Assembly: GCA_041287365.1 (NCBI GenBank)
Contig: JBEULL010000018.1
Span: 240,908-304,907, forward strand
DNA: 64,000 nucleotides
DNA from: Dissulfuribacterales bacterium
Lineage (GTDB): Bacteria > Desulfobacterota > Dissulfuribacteria > Dissulfuribacterales > DYLC01
Reading direction: 5' to 3'
Numbering within the stretch: position 1 is the stretch's first letter; each line of letters starts with the position of its first letter. A model generated the notes under the pieces. That model was not told the DNA's origin and made no database searches. It worked only from the letters and a program-made list of their open reading frames with translations. The translations under genes were made by a program, and so were the position numbers. Of the stretch, positions 1 to 7,797 are shown in pieces.

Positions 1-299
1 ACATCACCACAGAAGATGGAAGTTTGGGTGAAAAAGGTTTGGTGACAACGAGTCTTATCGGTCTTTTGAGACAAAAAATGCCTGATGCAGTGCTGAGCTG
101 CGGCCCATGGCCCATGTTAAAGGCAGTAAATGCCTCTGCTCAACAACACAACATTTCTTGTGAGGTTTCTTTGGAGGCGCACATGGCCTGCGGAGTCGGA
201 GCCTGTCTGGGATGTGCCATAAAGGCCGCTGGCGAGGGGTATCTACATGTGTGCAAGGATGGCCCGGTGGTAAACTCAAAACTGGTGGACTGGAGCTGA
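1..299 (+). CDS. pyrK: dihydroorotate dehydrogenase (class 1B) electron-transfer subunit, C-terminal fragment; 5' end lies outside the window
   Basis: Frame is open from nt 3 (ITTEDGSLGEKGLVT...). The tail MACGVGACLGCA...HVCKDGPV has the Cys cluster typical of the PyrK 2Fe-2S site. pyrD follows 4 nt later. Confidence 0.8.
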   Translation, partial: ITTEDGSLGEKGLVTTSLIGLLRQKMPDAVLSCGPWPMLKAVNASAQQHNISCEVSLEAHMACGVGACLGCAIKAAGEGYLHVCKDGPVVNSKLVDWS

Positions 300-303
300 C
301 AAA

Positions 304-1212
304 ATGAAATCCCCTGACCTTTCCATAAAATTCTGCGGCTTACACCTTAAAAATCCAATACTTTTGGCATCTGGCACCTGCGGCTATGGAGCAGAGATAG
401 CAGACTTAATAAATCTTGACTCTCTGGGCGGCATAATCGTAAAAGGAATCTCGCTTCGTCCCAAACCAGGAAATCCACCGCCTCGCATTTTTGAGACTGC
501 CAGTGGACTACTCAATTCCATCGGACTTGAAAATGTAGGGCTCGAGGCATTTATACGCCACAAACTGCCTTGGCTTCGCACGTTAAATACACACATTCTC
601 GTAAACATCTTGGGAGATACTGTTGAAGAATATGCAGAGCTTGCCAGGACATTGAACAAAGAACCTGGAATAAGCGCTCTGGAGGTCAATATCTCCTGCC
701 CTAACGTCAAAAGCGGAGGGGTTGCCTTTGGCACAGACCCTGTTGCAGCTGCCGAGGTGACGCAAGCGGTCAAGGACTGCACGCAACTACCTGTAATAGT
801 AAAGCTTTCGCCAAATGTCACGGACATCACAGCCATTGCAAAGGCTGTGGAAAAGGCTGGTGCAAACGCCGTATCCCTTATTAACACACTTTTGGGCATG
901 GCCATAGACATTCATAGGAGGAAACCCGTGCTGGCCAATGTATTTGGAGGCCTTTCAGGCCCTGCCATAAAACCAGTGGCCCTGCGCATGGTCTGGCAGA
1001 CGGTGCGGGCTGTCTCCATACCTGTTATGGGCATAGGCGGCATAACAACCGCCTCGGATGCACTGGAGTTTTTTCTGGCAGGTGCCAAGGCCATACAGAT
1101 AGGCACTGCCACACTGGTCAATCCCAAAGCAGCGGTTGAGGTCATCGATGGCATAAAAAAATATATGAAAGAGACAGGTATGACTTGCATAGAGGACTTG
1201 CACATTTTGTGA
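304..1212 (+). CDS. pyrD: dihydroorotate dehydrogenase catalytic subunit (class 1B)
   Basis: 302-aa ORF with DHOD TIM-barrel motifs (ASGTCGYG, NISCPNVK, GGLSGPAIKP, GIGGI). Sits directly after the pyrK fragment. Confidence 0.9.
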   Translation: MKSPDLSIKFCGLHLKNPILLASGTCGYGAEIADLINLDSLGGIIVKGISLRPKPGNPPPRIFETASGLLNSIGLENVGLEAFIRHKLPWLRTLNTHILVNILGDTVEEYAELARTLNKEPGISALEVNISCPNVKSGGVAFGTDPVAAAEVTQAVKDCTQLPVIVKLSPNVTDITAIAKAVEKAGANAVSLINTLLGMAIDIHRRKPVLANVFGGLSGPAIKPVALRMVWQTVRAVSIPVMGIGGITTASDALEFFLAGAKAIQIGTATLVNPKAAVEVIDGIKKYMKETGMTCIEDLHIL

Positions 1213-1259
1213 CAATATGTATGAATTTAACGAAGAGCCTTTTTAAAAGGAGGCAGGTC

Positions 1260-1811
1260 ATGAAAGCCCTTTTTTGCTGTGCGACTTTATGCCTTTTTAT
1301 CTCGTGTGTAACTCAAATTGGCATTACAGGCCAAAAGGAGGAAGGTATGAAGCTCTTTTCACCAGCCTTTGAAAACGAAAAGGGGATTCCCAAGCGTTAC
1401 ACTGCCGATGGCCAAGACATCTCTCCTCCCCTGTTTTGGGAAGGAGTGCCCAGCAAGGCCAAGTCCTTGGTGCTCATTGTGGATGACCCTGATGCCCCGG
1501 ACCCCAAGGCACCACGCATGGTCTGGGTGCACTGGGTGCTTTACAACATTCCACCAAACGTTCAGGGACTTTCAGAAGGTATTAAACCTCAAGACCTGCC
1601 TTCAGGCACTTTGGAAGGCTTGAACGACTGGAAGCGCACTGGTTATGGAGGGCCGGCACCGCCCATAGGCAGACATCGCTATTTTTTCAAGCTCTATGCA
1701 CTGGATACCGTGCTTTCGAACATGAAAGCCCCCACCAAATCCACACTACTTGAGGCCATGAATGGCCATGTGATAGCTGAGGCAGTTTTGATAGGGACAT
1801 ATAGCAGGTAA
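1260..1811 (+). CDS. YbhB/YbcL (PEBP, Raf-kinase-inhibitor-like) family protein, probable lipoprotein
   Basis: PEBP signatures DDPDAPDP, WVHW, GPAPPIGRHRYFFKLYALD. I place the start at ATG 1260, which has AGGAGG 6 nt upstream and an N-terminus MKALFCCATLCLFISC that looks like a lipoprotein signal. The track start at 1185 overlaps pyrD. Confidence 0.8.
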   Translation: MKALFCCATLCLFISCVTQIGITGQKEEGMKLFSPAFENEKGIPKRYTADGQDISPPLFWEGVPSKAKSLVLIVDDPDAPDPKAPRMVWVHWVLYNIPPNVQGLSEGIKPQDLPSGTLEGLNDWKRTGYGGPAPPIGRHRYFFKLYALDTVLSNMKAPTKSTLLEAMNGHVIAEAVLIGTYSR

Positions 1812-1818
1812 CCAATAA

Positions 1819-2586
1819 TTATTTTCCTCTCAAGGTTTTCAGCATGTCCCTTCTATCAGGGCTTTTTACTAATGTTTCGCCTATGAGAGCGGCCACAATG
1901 CCGGCATTTTTTAATTGCTGCATGTGGTCAAAAGTGGCGATACCGCTTTCGCTTACCATTGGTATGGACGCTGGTGCTATTTTTCTGAGGCGAAAGGTGG
2001 TCTCAAGGGATACCGTGAAGTCCTTAAGATTGCGGTTGTTTACCCCTATGAGCTCTGCATCGGATTTGATGGCGCGCTCCAGTTCCTCCTCGTCGTGCAC
2101 CTCGGTGAGGCAATCCATGCCCAATTCCTTTGCATGCGCCATAAACTCCTGAAGCTGCATGTCGCTCAGGGCAGCAACGATGAGTAAAATGGCATCAGCG
2201 CCCCAGATTTTGGCCTGTTCTATCTGAATGTGGTCGATGATGAAGTCCTTGCGCAAGAGAGGCAGGCTGACCTGGCTACGAATAAGTGGAAGAAAGGAGA
2301 TGCTTCCCTGAAAGAAGCGCTCATCGGTCAAGACTGAGATAGCCCTTGCACCACCTTCTTCGTAATCCCGGGCCATCTTCACTGAATCGAAATTAGGGCA
2401 AATGAGCCCCTTGGATGGAGATGCCTTTTTGACCTCTGCAATGATGGAGACCTCATCCTCTTGCAACAACGCCTTGATAAACCCGCGTGGTGAATCCACA
2501 TGGATAGCCGGCTCGGTAACCCCTCTTTTTTTAATGGCTTCAATCTCTTCTTGTTTGTGTTGCAGTATGACATTCAGTATGGACAT
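1819..2586 (-). CDS. trpC: indole-3-glycerol-phosphate synthase
   Basis: 255-aa ORF. IGPS-like sequence (IIAEVKKASPSKG, LRKDFIID, ILLIVAAL, IGVNNRNL, VSESGI). Last gene of a trpE-G-D-C run. Confidence 0.9.
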   Translation of the reverse strand: MSILNVILQHKQEEIEAIKKRGVTEPAIHVDSPRGFIKALLQEDEVSIIAEVKKASPSKGLICPNFDSVKMARDYEEGGARAISVLTDERFFQGSISFLPLIRSQVSLPLLRKDFIIDHIQIEQAKIWGADAILLIVAALSDMQLQEFMAHAKELGMDCLTEVHDEEELERAIKSDAELIGVNNRNLKDFTVSLETTFRLRKIAPASIPMVSESGIATFDHMQQLKNAGIVAALIGETLVKSPDRRDMLKTLRGK

Positions 2587-2590
2587 ATTA

Positions 2591-3619
2591 CTATCCCCTT
2601 CCTGCTGCTATGAGTTCATTCAATTTTTCGAGGCCTTTTCCAGAGGCCAATATCTCTTGAGCCAAGGCGATTCCCTTTTTGAGATCAGCCGCCTTACCCC
2701 CCAAATAGATGGCTGCACCCGCATTCAGTGCCACCACATCTGCAGCAGGCCCCCTTTGGCCACTCAATACTGCCCGGCATATATCTGCATTTTCCTGGGC
2801 ATCCCCGCCTTTTATGGCATCCAATGGTGCCTTATTCAACCCCACTTCCTCACAAGAAAATTGGAAATCACGGCAATCAGTTCCATTCCACTCTGCAACG
2901 GTATTTGAGCCTGAAAGCCCCAGTTCATCCATGCCATTGGGGCCATGTACCACCCAGGCACGTCTTGCCCCAAGGCCTGCCAATGCCCTTGCAATGGGCA
3001 TACATAGGCTTGAGTCATAGACACCCACGAGCTGCACATTGGCACTTGCTGGATTGGTCAGTGGACCCAAGAGATTGAAGAGCGTGCGAATGCCCAGCTC
3101 ACGCCTGGGCACAGCTGCATGCCTCATGGAGGGATGTAGGGCCTGGGCAAAAAGAAAACCAATGCCAATGGTTTGAATACACTCTGCCACTTGCTCAGGA
3201 GACATGGCGATATTTACTCCCAATGCCTCCAGCACATCAGCACTTCCAGAACGGCTGGAGACAGCACGATTTCCATGCTTTGCCACCTTTATGCCGGATG
3301 CAGCCACTACAAAGGCAGCGGTAGTGGAGATATTGAAGGTAGATGCGCCATCCCCGCCTGTTCCACAGGTATCCAACAGCACCTCATCTTTGGAAAGCTG
3401 GACTGAAATGGACTGAGAGTGTCTGCGCATTACACGGGCTGCTCCGATGATCTCGTTTACTGTCTCTCCCTTCATGCGTAAGGCCACCAAAAAACCAGCG
3501 ATCTGAGCAGGAGTGGCCTGGCCTGACATGATAACCTCCATGACCTCAGCCATCTCCTCTTGAGCCAGGTCCTTTTGCTCCATGACCTTTAACAAGGCAT
3601 TCTTTAAGGAATTTTGCAT
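2591..3619 (-). CDS. trpD: anthranilate phosphoribosyltransferase
   Basis: 342-aa ORF with the TrpD motifs DTCGTGGDG, KHGNRAVSS and GPLTNPA. Confidence 0.9.
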   Translation of the reverse strand: MQNSLKNALLKVMEQKDLAQEEMAEVMEVIMSGQATPAQIAGFLVALRMKGETVNEIIGAARVMRRHSQSISVQLSKDEVLLDTCGTGGDGASTFNISTTAAFVVAASGIKVAKHGNRAVSSRSGSADVLEALGVNIAMSPEQVAECIQTIGIGFLFAQALHPSMRHAAVPRRELGIRTLFNLLGPLTNPASANVQLVGVYDSSLCMPIARALAGLGARRAWVVHGPNGMDELGLSGSNTVAEWNGTDCRDFQFSCEEVGLNKAPLDAIKGGDAQENADICRAVLSGQRGPAADVVALNAGAAIYLGGKAADLKKGIALAQEILASGKGLEKLNELIAAGRG

Positions 3620-3621
3620 AG

Positions 3622-4191
3622 TTATTTCCCTAACTTCAAAAAATTATTCAAAAGTTTAAGGCCGTCTTGAGTCATGATGGATTCGGGATGAAATTGCACA
3701 CCCTCAATGAGAAATTCTCTATGCCTCATACCCATGAGCTCATCGTTTTCAGACCATGCACTGGCCTCAAGGCACGGAGGCAGGGAAGACTCCTCCACCA
3801 GCAAGGAATGATAGCGCATGGCCTCGAATGGATTGGGCATCTCTTTGAATACGCCCTTACCGTCATGCCGTATCATGGAGGTCTTGCCGTGCATGAGTCT
3901 GTCAGCCCGAATCACCCTGCCGCCAAAGGCAGCTCCAATGGATTGATGCCCCAAACACACTCCAAGAATGGGAATCTTTCCGGCAAAGTGCTGAATAGCG
4001 GCCACAGATATGCCGGCCTCATTGGGTGTACAAGGACCTGGCGATACGAGCAACCGGTCCGGGTTCAGAGAGATAACCTGTTCCAAGGTCAACTCGTCGT
4101 TTCTGATGACCTTCATATCGGCTCCAAGCATGCCCAGCATCTGTACGAGATTGTAGGTAAAAGAATCGTAATTATCGATTACTAACAACAT
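3622..4191 (-). CDS. trpG: anthranilate synthase component II (glutamine amidotransferase; TrpG/PabA type)
   Basis: 189-aa class-I GATase: [24 protein letters not shown] (catalytic Cys), FHPES. Lies between trpE and trpD. Confidence 0.85.
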   Translation of the reverse strand: MLLVIDNYDSFTYNLVQMLGMLGADMKVIRNDELTLEQVISLNPDRLLVSPGPCTPNEAGISVAAIQHFAGKIPILGVCLGHQSIGAAFGGRVIRADRLMHGKTSMIRHDGKGVFKEMPNPFEAMRYHSLLVEESSLPPCLEASAWSENDELMGMRHREFLIEGVQFHPESIMTQDGLKLLNNFLKLGK

Positions 4192-4194
4192 TAT

Positions 4195-5685
4195 TTAATT
4201 TCCTTTATCAAGTATTTCATCCTGTGCTTTATCTATGGCCTTCATCAGGGCCTTGCCTTTGTTGATGGTCTCCTCCCATTCCTTTGTGGGATCTGAATCG
4301 GCGACTATCCCTGCTCCGGCCTGAAGATAGAGTTTATTTCCTTTCTGGCAGAGGGTGCGAATGGTGATGGCCATGTCCATATTGCCTGAAAAATCTAAGT
4401 ATCCCACGGCTCCGGCATAGGGGCCGCGTCTTGCGTGTTCCAGCTCTTCTATGATCTCCATGGCCCGAATCTTTGGTGCCCCGGATACGGTTCCAGCAGG
4501 GAAACATGCCTTCAGGACATGAAACATATCCAAACCATTCCGGAGTTCTCCTGTAACATTGGAAACTATGTGCATCACATGGGAATATCGCTCTATATGC
4601 ATGAGCTCGCTCACCTTCACTGTGCCGATCTTTGCCACACGGCCCACATCGTTTCTGGCCAGATCCACCAGCATGAGGTGTTCAGCCCTTTCTTTGGAAT
4701 CGGCCAGCAGTTCCTTTTCCAGCTGTTTGTCCTCAGCGTCGTCCCTTCCCCTTGGGCGTGTCCCTGCAATGGGCCGCAGCTCGATTTGTCTGTTAGTGAG
4801 CCTGACCAGTATCTCAGGGGAAGAACCTGCCATGGATTCATCGCCCATCTGAAAAAAATACAGATAAGGAGATGGGTTGATACACCTCAACGTCCTGTAT
4901 ATATTAAAAATAGGTATATGATTCCTACCGGAAAAACGCTGGGACAGCACTACCTGAATGATGTCTCCAGCGCGAATGTATTCCTTGGCCTTTTTGACAT
5001 TCGCTTCGAACACAGACTGTTCCACCTCAGGTGTGAGATAAGTCTTTTTTGTAACGGAATCAGAGGGATATGGGCAGCCCTGTAACAGACGCTCTCGAAC
5101 CTGCCTTACCTCTTCCACGGCCTTTTCATATATCTTATTTAACGGAGAGCCGTCGATTCGGGACCAGCAGATTATTTGAAGGGTATGCTTGATATTATCA
5201 TGGGCAAGCACCAATCGTGGCACCATGAATACACTGTCGTTGAAACCGGTGTTGTTTGTGAGACGTTCCGGCAACCGCTCTATGAAACGCACCATATCAT
5301 AACCAAGATACCCCACGGCCCCGCCTGAAAATCGAGGCGGCTCGGCCAGAGGTATGTGTGCCGGCTTGAACTGCGCCAGTATCCTCTGAAAATCCTTCAA
5401 GGGATCGGTGGAATCATGCCATTGCCTCTCCTCTCCAGCGTATTCCTGAAATACTTGTTTGCCTTTTGAACCAAAGACAAGAATGGGAGAAAGGCCGATA
5501 AAACTGTAACGTCCCCATTTTTCACCACCTTCAAGGCTTTCCAGCAGAAAGGAGTACGAACCTGACGCCACCTTGAGATAAATGGAGATGGGCGTATCCA
5601 TATCCACTGAAACTGTGTCGGTTACAGGCGCCAGATTGGCGTCATGAGCGACGGCCTCAAACTCTTGAAATGTCGTAAGCATCAT
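4195..5685 (-). CDS. trpE: anthranilate synthase component I
   Basis: 496-aa chorismate-binding enzyme: LLESxxGG-type motif (FLLESLEGGEKWGRYSF), GTVSGAPK, GPYAGAVGY, GAGIVADSDP. Confidence 0.9.
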   Translation of the reverse strand: MMLTTFQEFEAVAHDANLAPVTDTVSVDMDTPISIYLKVASGSYSFLLESLEGGEKWGRYSFIGLSPILVFGSKGKQVFQEYAGEERQWHDSTDPLKDFQRILAQFKPAHIPLAEPPRFSGGAVGYLGYDMVRFIERLPERLTNNTGFNDSVFMVPRLVLAHDNIKHTLQIICWSRIDGSPLNKIYEKAVEEVRQVRERLLQGCPYPSDSVTKKTYLTPEVEQSVFEANVKKAKEYIRAGDIIQVVLSQRFSGRNHIPIFNIYRTLRCINPSPYLYFFQMGDESMAGSSPEILVRLTNRQIELRPIAGTRPRGRDDAEDKQLEKELLADSKERAEHLMLVDLARNDVGRVAKIGTVKVSELMHIERYSHVMHIVSNVTGELRNGLDMFHVLKACFPAGTVSGAPKIRAMEIIEELEHARRGPYAGAVGYLDFSGNMDMAITIRTLCQKGNKLYLQAGAGIVADSDPTKEWEETINKGKALMKAIDKAQDEILDKGN

Positions 5686-5734
5686 GTGATTGTCTTTCAG
5701 AATCCCTTTGATTGAAATTAGAGCTCAATGTTCC

Positions 5735-5763
5735 TTGACATTATATCCAAAATCCCTTATTAA
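5735..5763 (+). promoter_or_regulatory. candidate sigma-70 promoter for tRNA-Gly
   Basis: TTGACA (5735-5740), a 17-nt spacer, then TATTAA (5758-5763). It ends 16 nt before the tRNA 5' end. Confidence 0.4.
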
Positions 5764-5768
5764 ATAAA
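5740..5768 (-). promoter_or_regulatory. candidate promoter for trpE, back-to-back with the tRNA promoter
   Basis: On the minus strand there is a perfect TATAAT (plus-strand ATTATA, 5740-5745) and a weak -35 TTTATT 17 nt upstream. It lies about 55 nt upstream of the trpE ATG. Confidence 0.35.
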
Positions 5769-5779
5769 AGGTTTTTTTT

Positions 5780-5855
5780 GCGGGCGTAGCTCAGCTGGTA
5801 GAGCACAAGCTTCCCAAGCTTGGGGTCGCGGGTTCGAACCCCGTCGCCCGCTCCA
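5780..5855 (+). tRNA. tRNA-Gly (anticodon CCC)
   Basis: Hand-folded cloverleaf. Acceptor GCGGGCG/CGCCCGC, D-arm GCTCAGCTGGTAGAGC, anticodon stem CAAGC/GCTTG with loop TTCCCAA, T-arm GCGGGTTCGAACCCCGT, discriminator U, encoded CCA. Length 76 nt. Confidence 0.9.
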
Positions 5856-6002
5856 GAAAAACGGCCTGTAATCACCCTATTTGAGGTTGGTCTTTTGTAT
5901 CATAGCCCATCGGCCTGGGCTTGGCCATTACTTCGATTAGTGGAGAAATGTATAGTGAATGAATTGTGAAAAATTCAAAAAAAATACACTCTCTGCTATT
6001 TG

Positions 6003-6029
6003 AAGTGGGCTTATGCCCACTTTTTTATT
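6003..6029 (+). terminator. intrinsic terminator / possible attenuator just upstream of rimP
   Basis: Perfect 8-bp stem AAGTGGGC / GCCCACTT with loop TTAT, followed by TTTTTTATTTT. Confidence 0.6.
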
Positions 6030-6033
6030 TTAT

Positions 6034-6495
6034 ATGATCGAAAAAGAAACGCTGGAAGAAAGACTGATAAAATTATTACAGCCGGTTATCGACAATTCAG
6101 GATATGAATTAGTTGACCTCACTCTTGTAAAGGCCCAAGGCGGCATTACCCTGCGTATTTTTATAGATAAGCCGGAGGGAGTGACATTGGCTGACTGCGA
6201 AAGAATAAGTCGTTTGGCAGGGGATATACTCGATGTGTATGACCCCATATCGAGTCATTATATTCTGGAAGTCTCCTCTCCTGGCATAAACCGTCCGCTC
6301 AAGAAGCTGGCGGACTTTCAGAGATTTGTAGGTCAGAAGGCCCTGATAGAGACCAAAATCCCCATCTCGGGCCGCAAGAGATACAAAGGACTGCTTGCAG
6401 GGGTTGAGAATGAAAACGTCGTTATTTCTGTCGATGGAGCCGATCACTGTATACCAATCGAACAGATCAGAAAGGCCAGATTGGATATTTTATAA
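6034..6495 (+). CDS. rimP: ribosome maturation factor RimP
   Basis: RimP-like sequence (YELVDLTL, ITLRIFIDKPEG, LEVSSPGINRPL) directly upstream of nusA. Start chosen at ATG 6034 because the track start at 6013 lies inside the terminator hairpin. The start remains uncertain because no clear SD is present. Confidence 0.8.
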   Translation: MIEKETLEERLIKLLQPVIDNSGYELVDLTLVKAQGGITLRIFIDKPEGVTLADCERISRLAGDILDVYDPISSHYILEVSSPGINRPLKKLADFQRFVGQKALIETKIPISGRKRYKGLLAGVENENVVISVDGADHCIPIEQIRKARLDIL

Positions 6496-6515
6496 TATAT
6501 AAAGGGCAAAGAGAT

Positions 6516-7772
6516 ATGTCTTTAGAATTGAAACGAATCATAGATCAGGTCAGCAAGGAAAAAGGGCTCGATAAGAACATCCTGATTTCTACCATCGAGG
6601 ATGCCATTATGTCAGCCATCAAGAAACAGGCCGCCAATCCAATGGATATAGAGATCAAATACAATCCCGATGACGGAGAGATAGATGTATTTCAATATCG
6701 AACTGTTGTAGAAAAGATTTCCAATAAAGATATGGAGATATCCCTTGAAGAGGCTCAGCGGCTGGATCCTGAAAGCCAACTGGGTGACAGTATCGGCATC
6801 AAGCTGGACATATCCGCCTTCGGCCGCATAGCTGCACAATCAGCCCGTCAAGTAATTATGCAGAAACTCAGAACAGCGGAACGCGACCTCATCTATGAGG
6901 AATTCAAGGACCGTGTCGGTGAAATCGTCAATGGCATCATTCAGCGTGTGGATTCTTCGGGTGCCATCATCAATCTCGGAAGGACGGACGCCTTGCTTCC
7001 TGTATCCGAACAGCTTCCTCACGAAAATCTCAGAAGAGGCGAGCGCATTCGAGCATATATCATGGAGATTCGAAAGGGCGCCAAGGACCCGCAGGTCATA
7101 CTGTCACGCACATGTCCGGAATTCTTGGTCAAACTGTTCGAATTGGAGGTGCCTGAAATCGCTGACGGCACCATCAAGATCATGGCGGTGGCAAGGGACC
7201 CTGGCAGCAGGTCGAAGATATCTGTTTCATCCAACCTTTCGGACGTGGACCCCATCGGAGCATGTGTGGGTATGCGCGGCTCCAGAGTGCAGGCAGTGGT
7301 TCAGGAACTCAGGGGTGAACGTATAGATATCGTGCTCTGGAATCCGGACCCCGCCAGATATGTCTATAATGCCCTTGCACCCGCTGAATGTTCCAAGGTG
7401 ATTGTGGATGAGGACAATCATGTCCTTGAAATCATCGTTCCTGACGATCAGCTCTCCCTGGCCATCGGTAAGCAAGGGCAGAACGTCAGGCTGGCAGGCA
7501 AACTCCTGGGCTGGAAGATAGATGTCAAGACTGAAACCAGACATGCCAACCTCGAAAACCCAGAATACCATAAACTCCTGAAGCTGAGTGGAGTCACGGA
7601 AAATATCGCCGATAAACTGTTTGCCGCCGGTATAGATACCGTGGAAAAGATAGCGCAGATGGACGCTGTGGAACTGGCACATATCTCCCACATGAAAAGG
7701 GATATGGCCAAGGCGGTTATCGAGGAGGCTAAGGGCGGTATCTCCTCTGACAGTTATGAATCAATCAAATGA
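6516..7772 (+). CDS. nusA: transcription termination/antitermination factor NusA
   Basis: 418-aa ORF with an S1-like region, KH-region sequence (PIGACVGMRGSRVQ, LAIGKQGQNVRLA) and a C-terminal HhH-like tail. Confidence 0.95.
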   Translation: MSLELKRIIDQVSKEKGLDKNILISTIEDAIMSAIKKQAANPMDIEIKYNPDDGEIDVFQYRTVVEKISNKDMEISLEEAQRLDPESQLGDSIGIKLDISAFGRIAAQSARQVIMQKLRTAERDLIYEEFKDRVGEIVNGIIQRVDSSGAIINLGRTDALLPVSEQLPHENLRRGERIRAYIMEIRKGAKDPQVILSRTCPEFLVKLFELEVPEIADGTIKIMAVARDPGSRSKISVSSNLSDVDPIGACVGMRGSRVQAVVQELRGERIDIVLWNPDPARYVYNALAPAECSKVIVDEDNHVLEIIVPDDQLSLAIGKQGQNVRLAGKLLGWKIDVKTETRHANLENPEYHKLLKLSGVTENIADKLFAAGIDTVEKIAQMDAVELAHISHMKRDMAKAVIEEAKGGISSDSYESIK

Positions 7773-7797
7773 ATATACGGTCTCTTGAGGTAATAAT

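Noticed and set aside
1185-1259. Upstream start at 1185 for the PEBP-family gene
   Set aside because: It overlaps the pyrD 3' end. The ATG at 1260 has a strong SD and gives a clean lipoprotein-type signal peptide.
5686-5779. Trp leader-peptide attenuator or T-box upstream of trpE
   Set aside because: Only about 94 nt separate trpE from the tRNA gene. With the candidate -10 at 5740-5745, the leader would be about 50 nt. There is no Trp-codon mini-ORF or alternative hairpins, and the region is too short for a T-box.
6013-6033. Track start codon for rimP at 6013
   Set aside because: The ATG at 6013 lies inside the loop and 3' arm of the terminator hairpin. It would also add 7 hydrophobic residues not expected at a RimP N-terminus. 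I prefer 6034, although neither start has a good SD.
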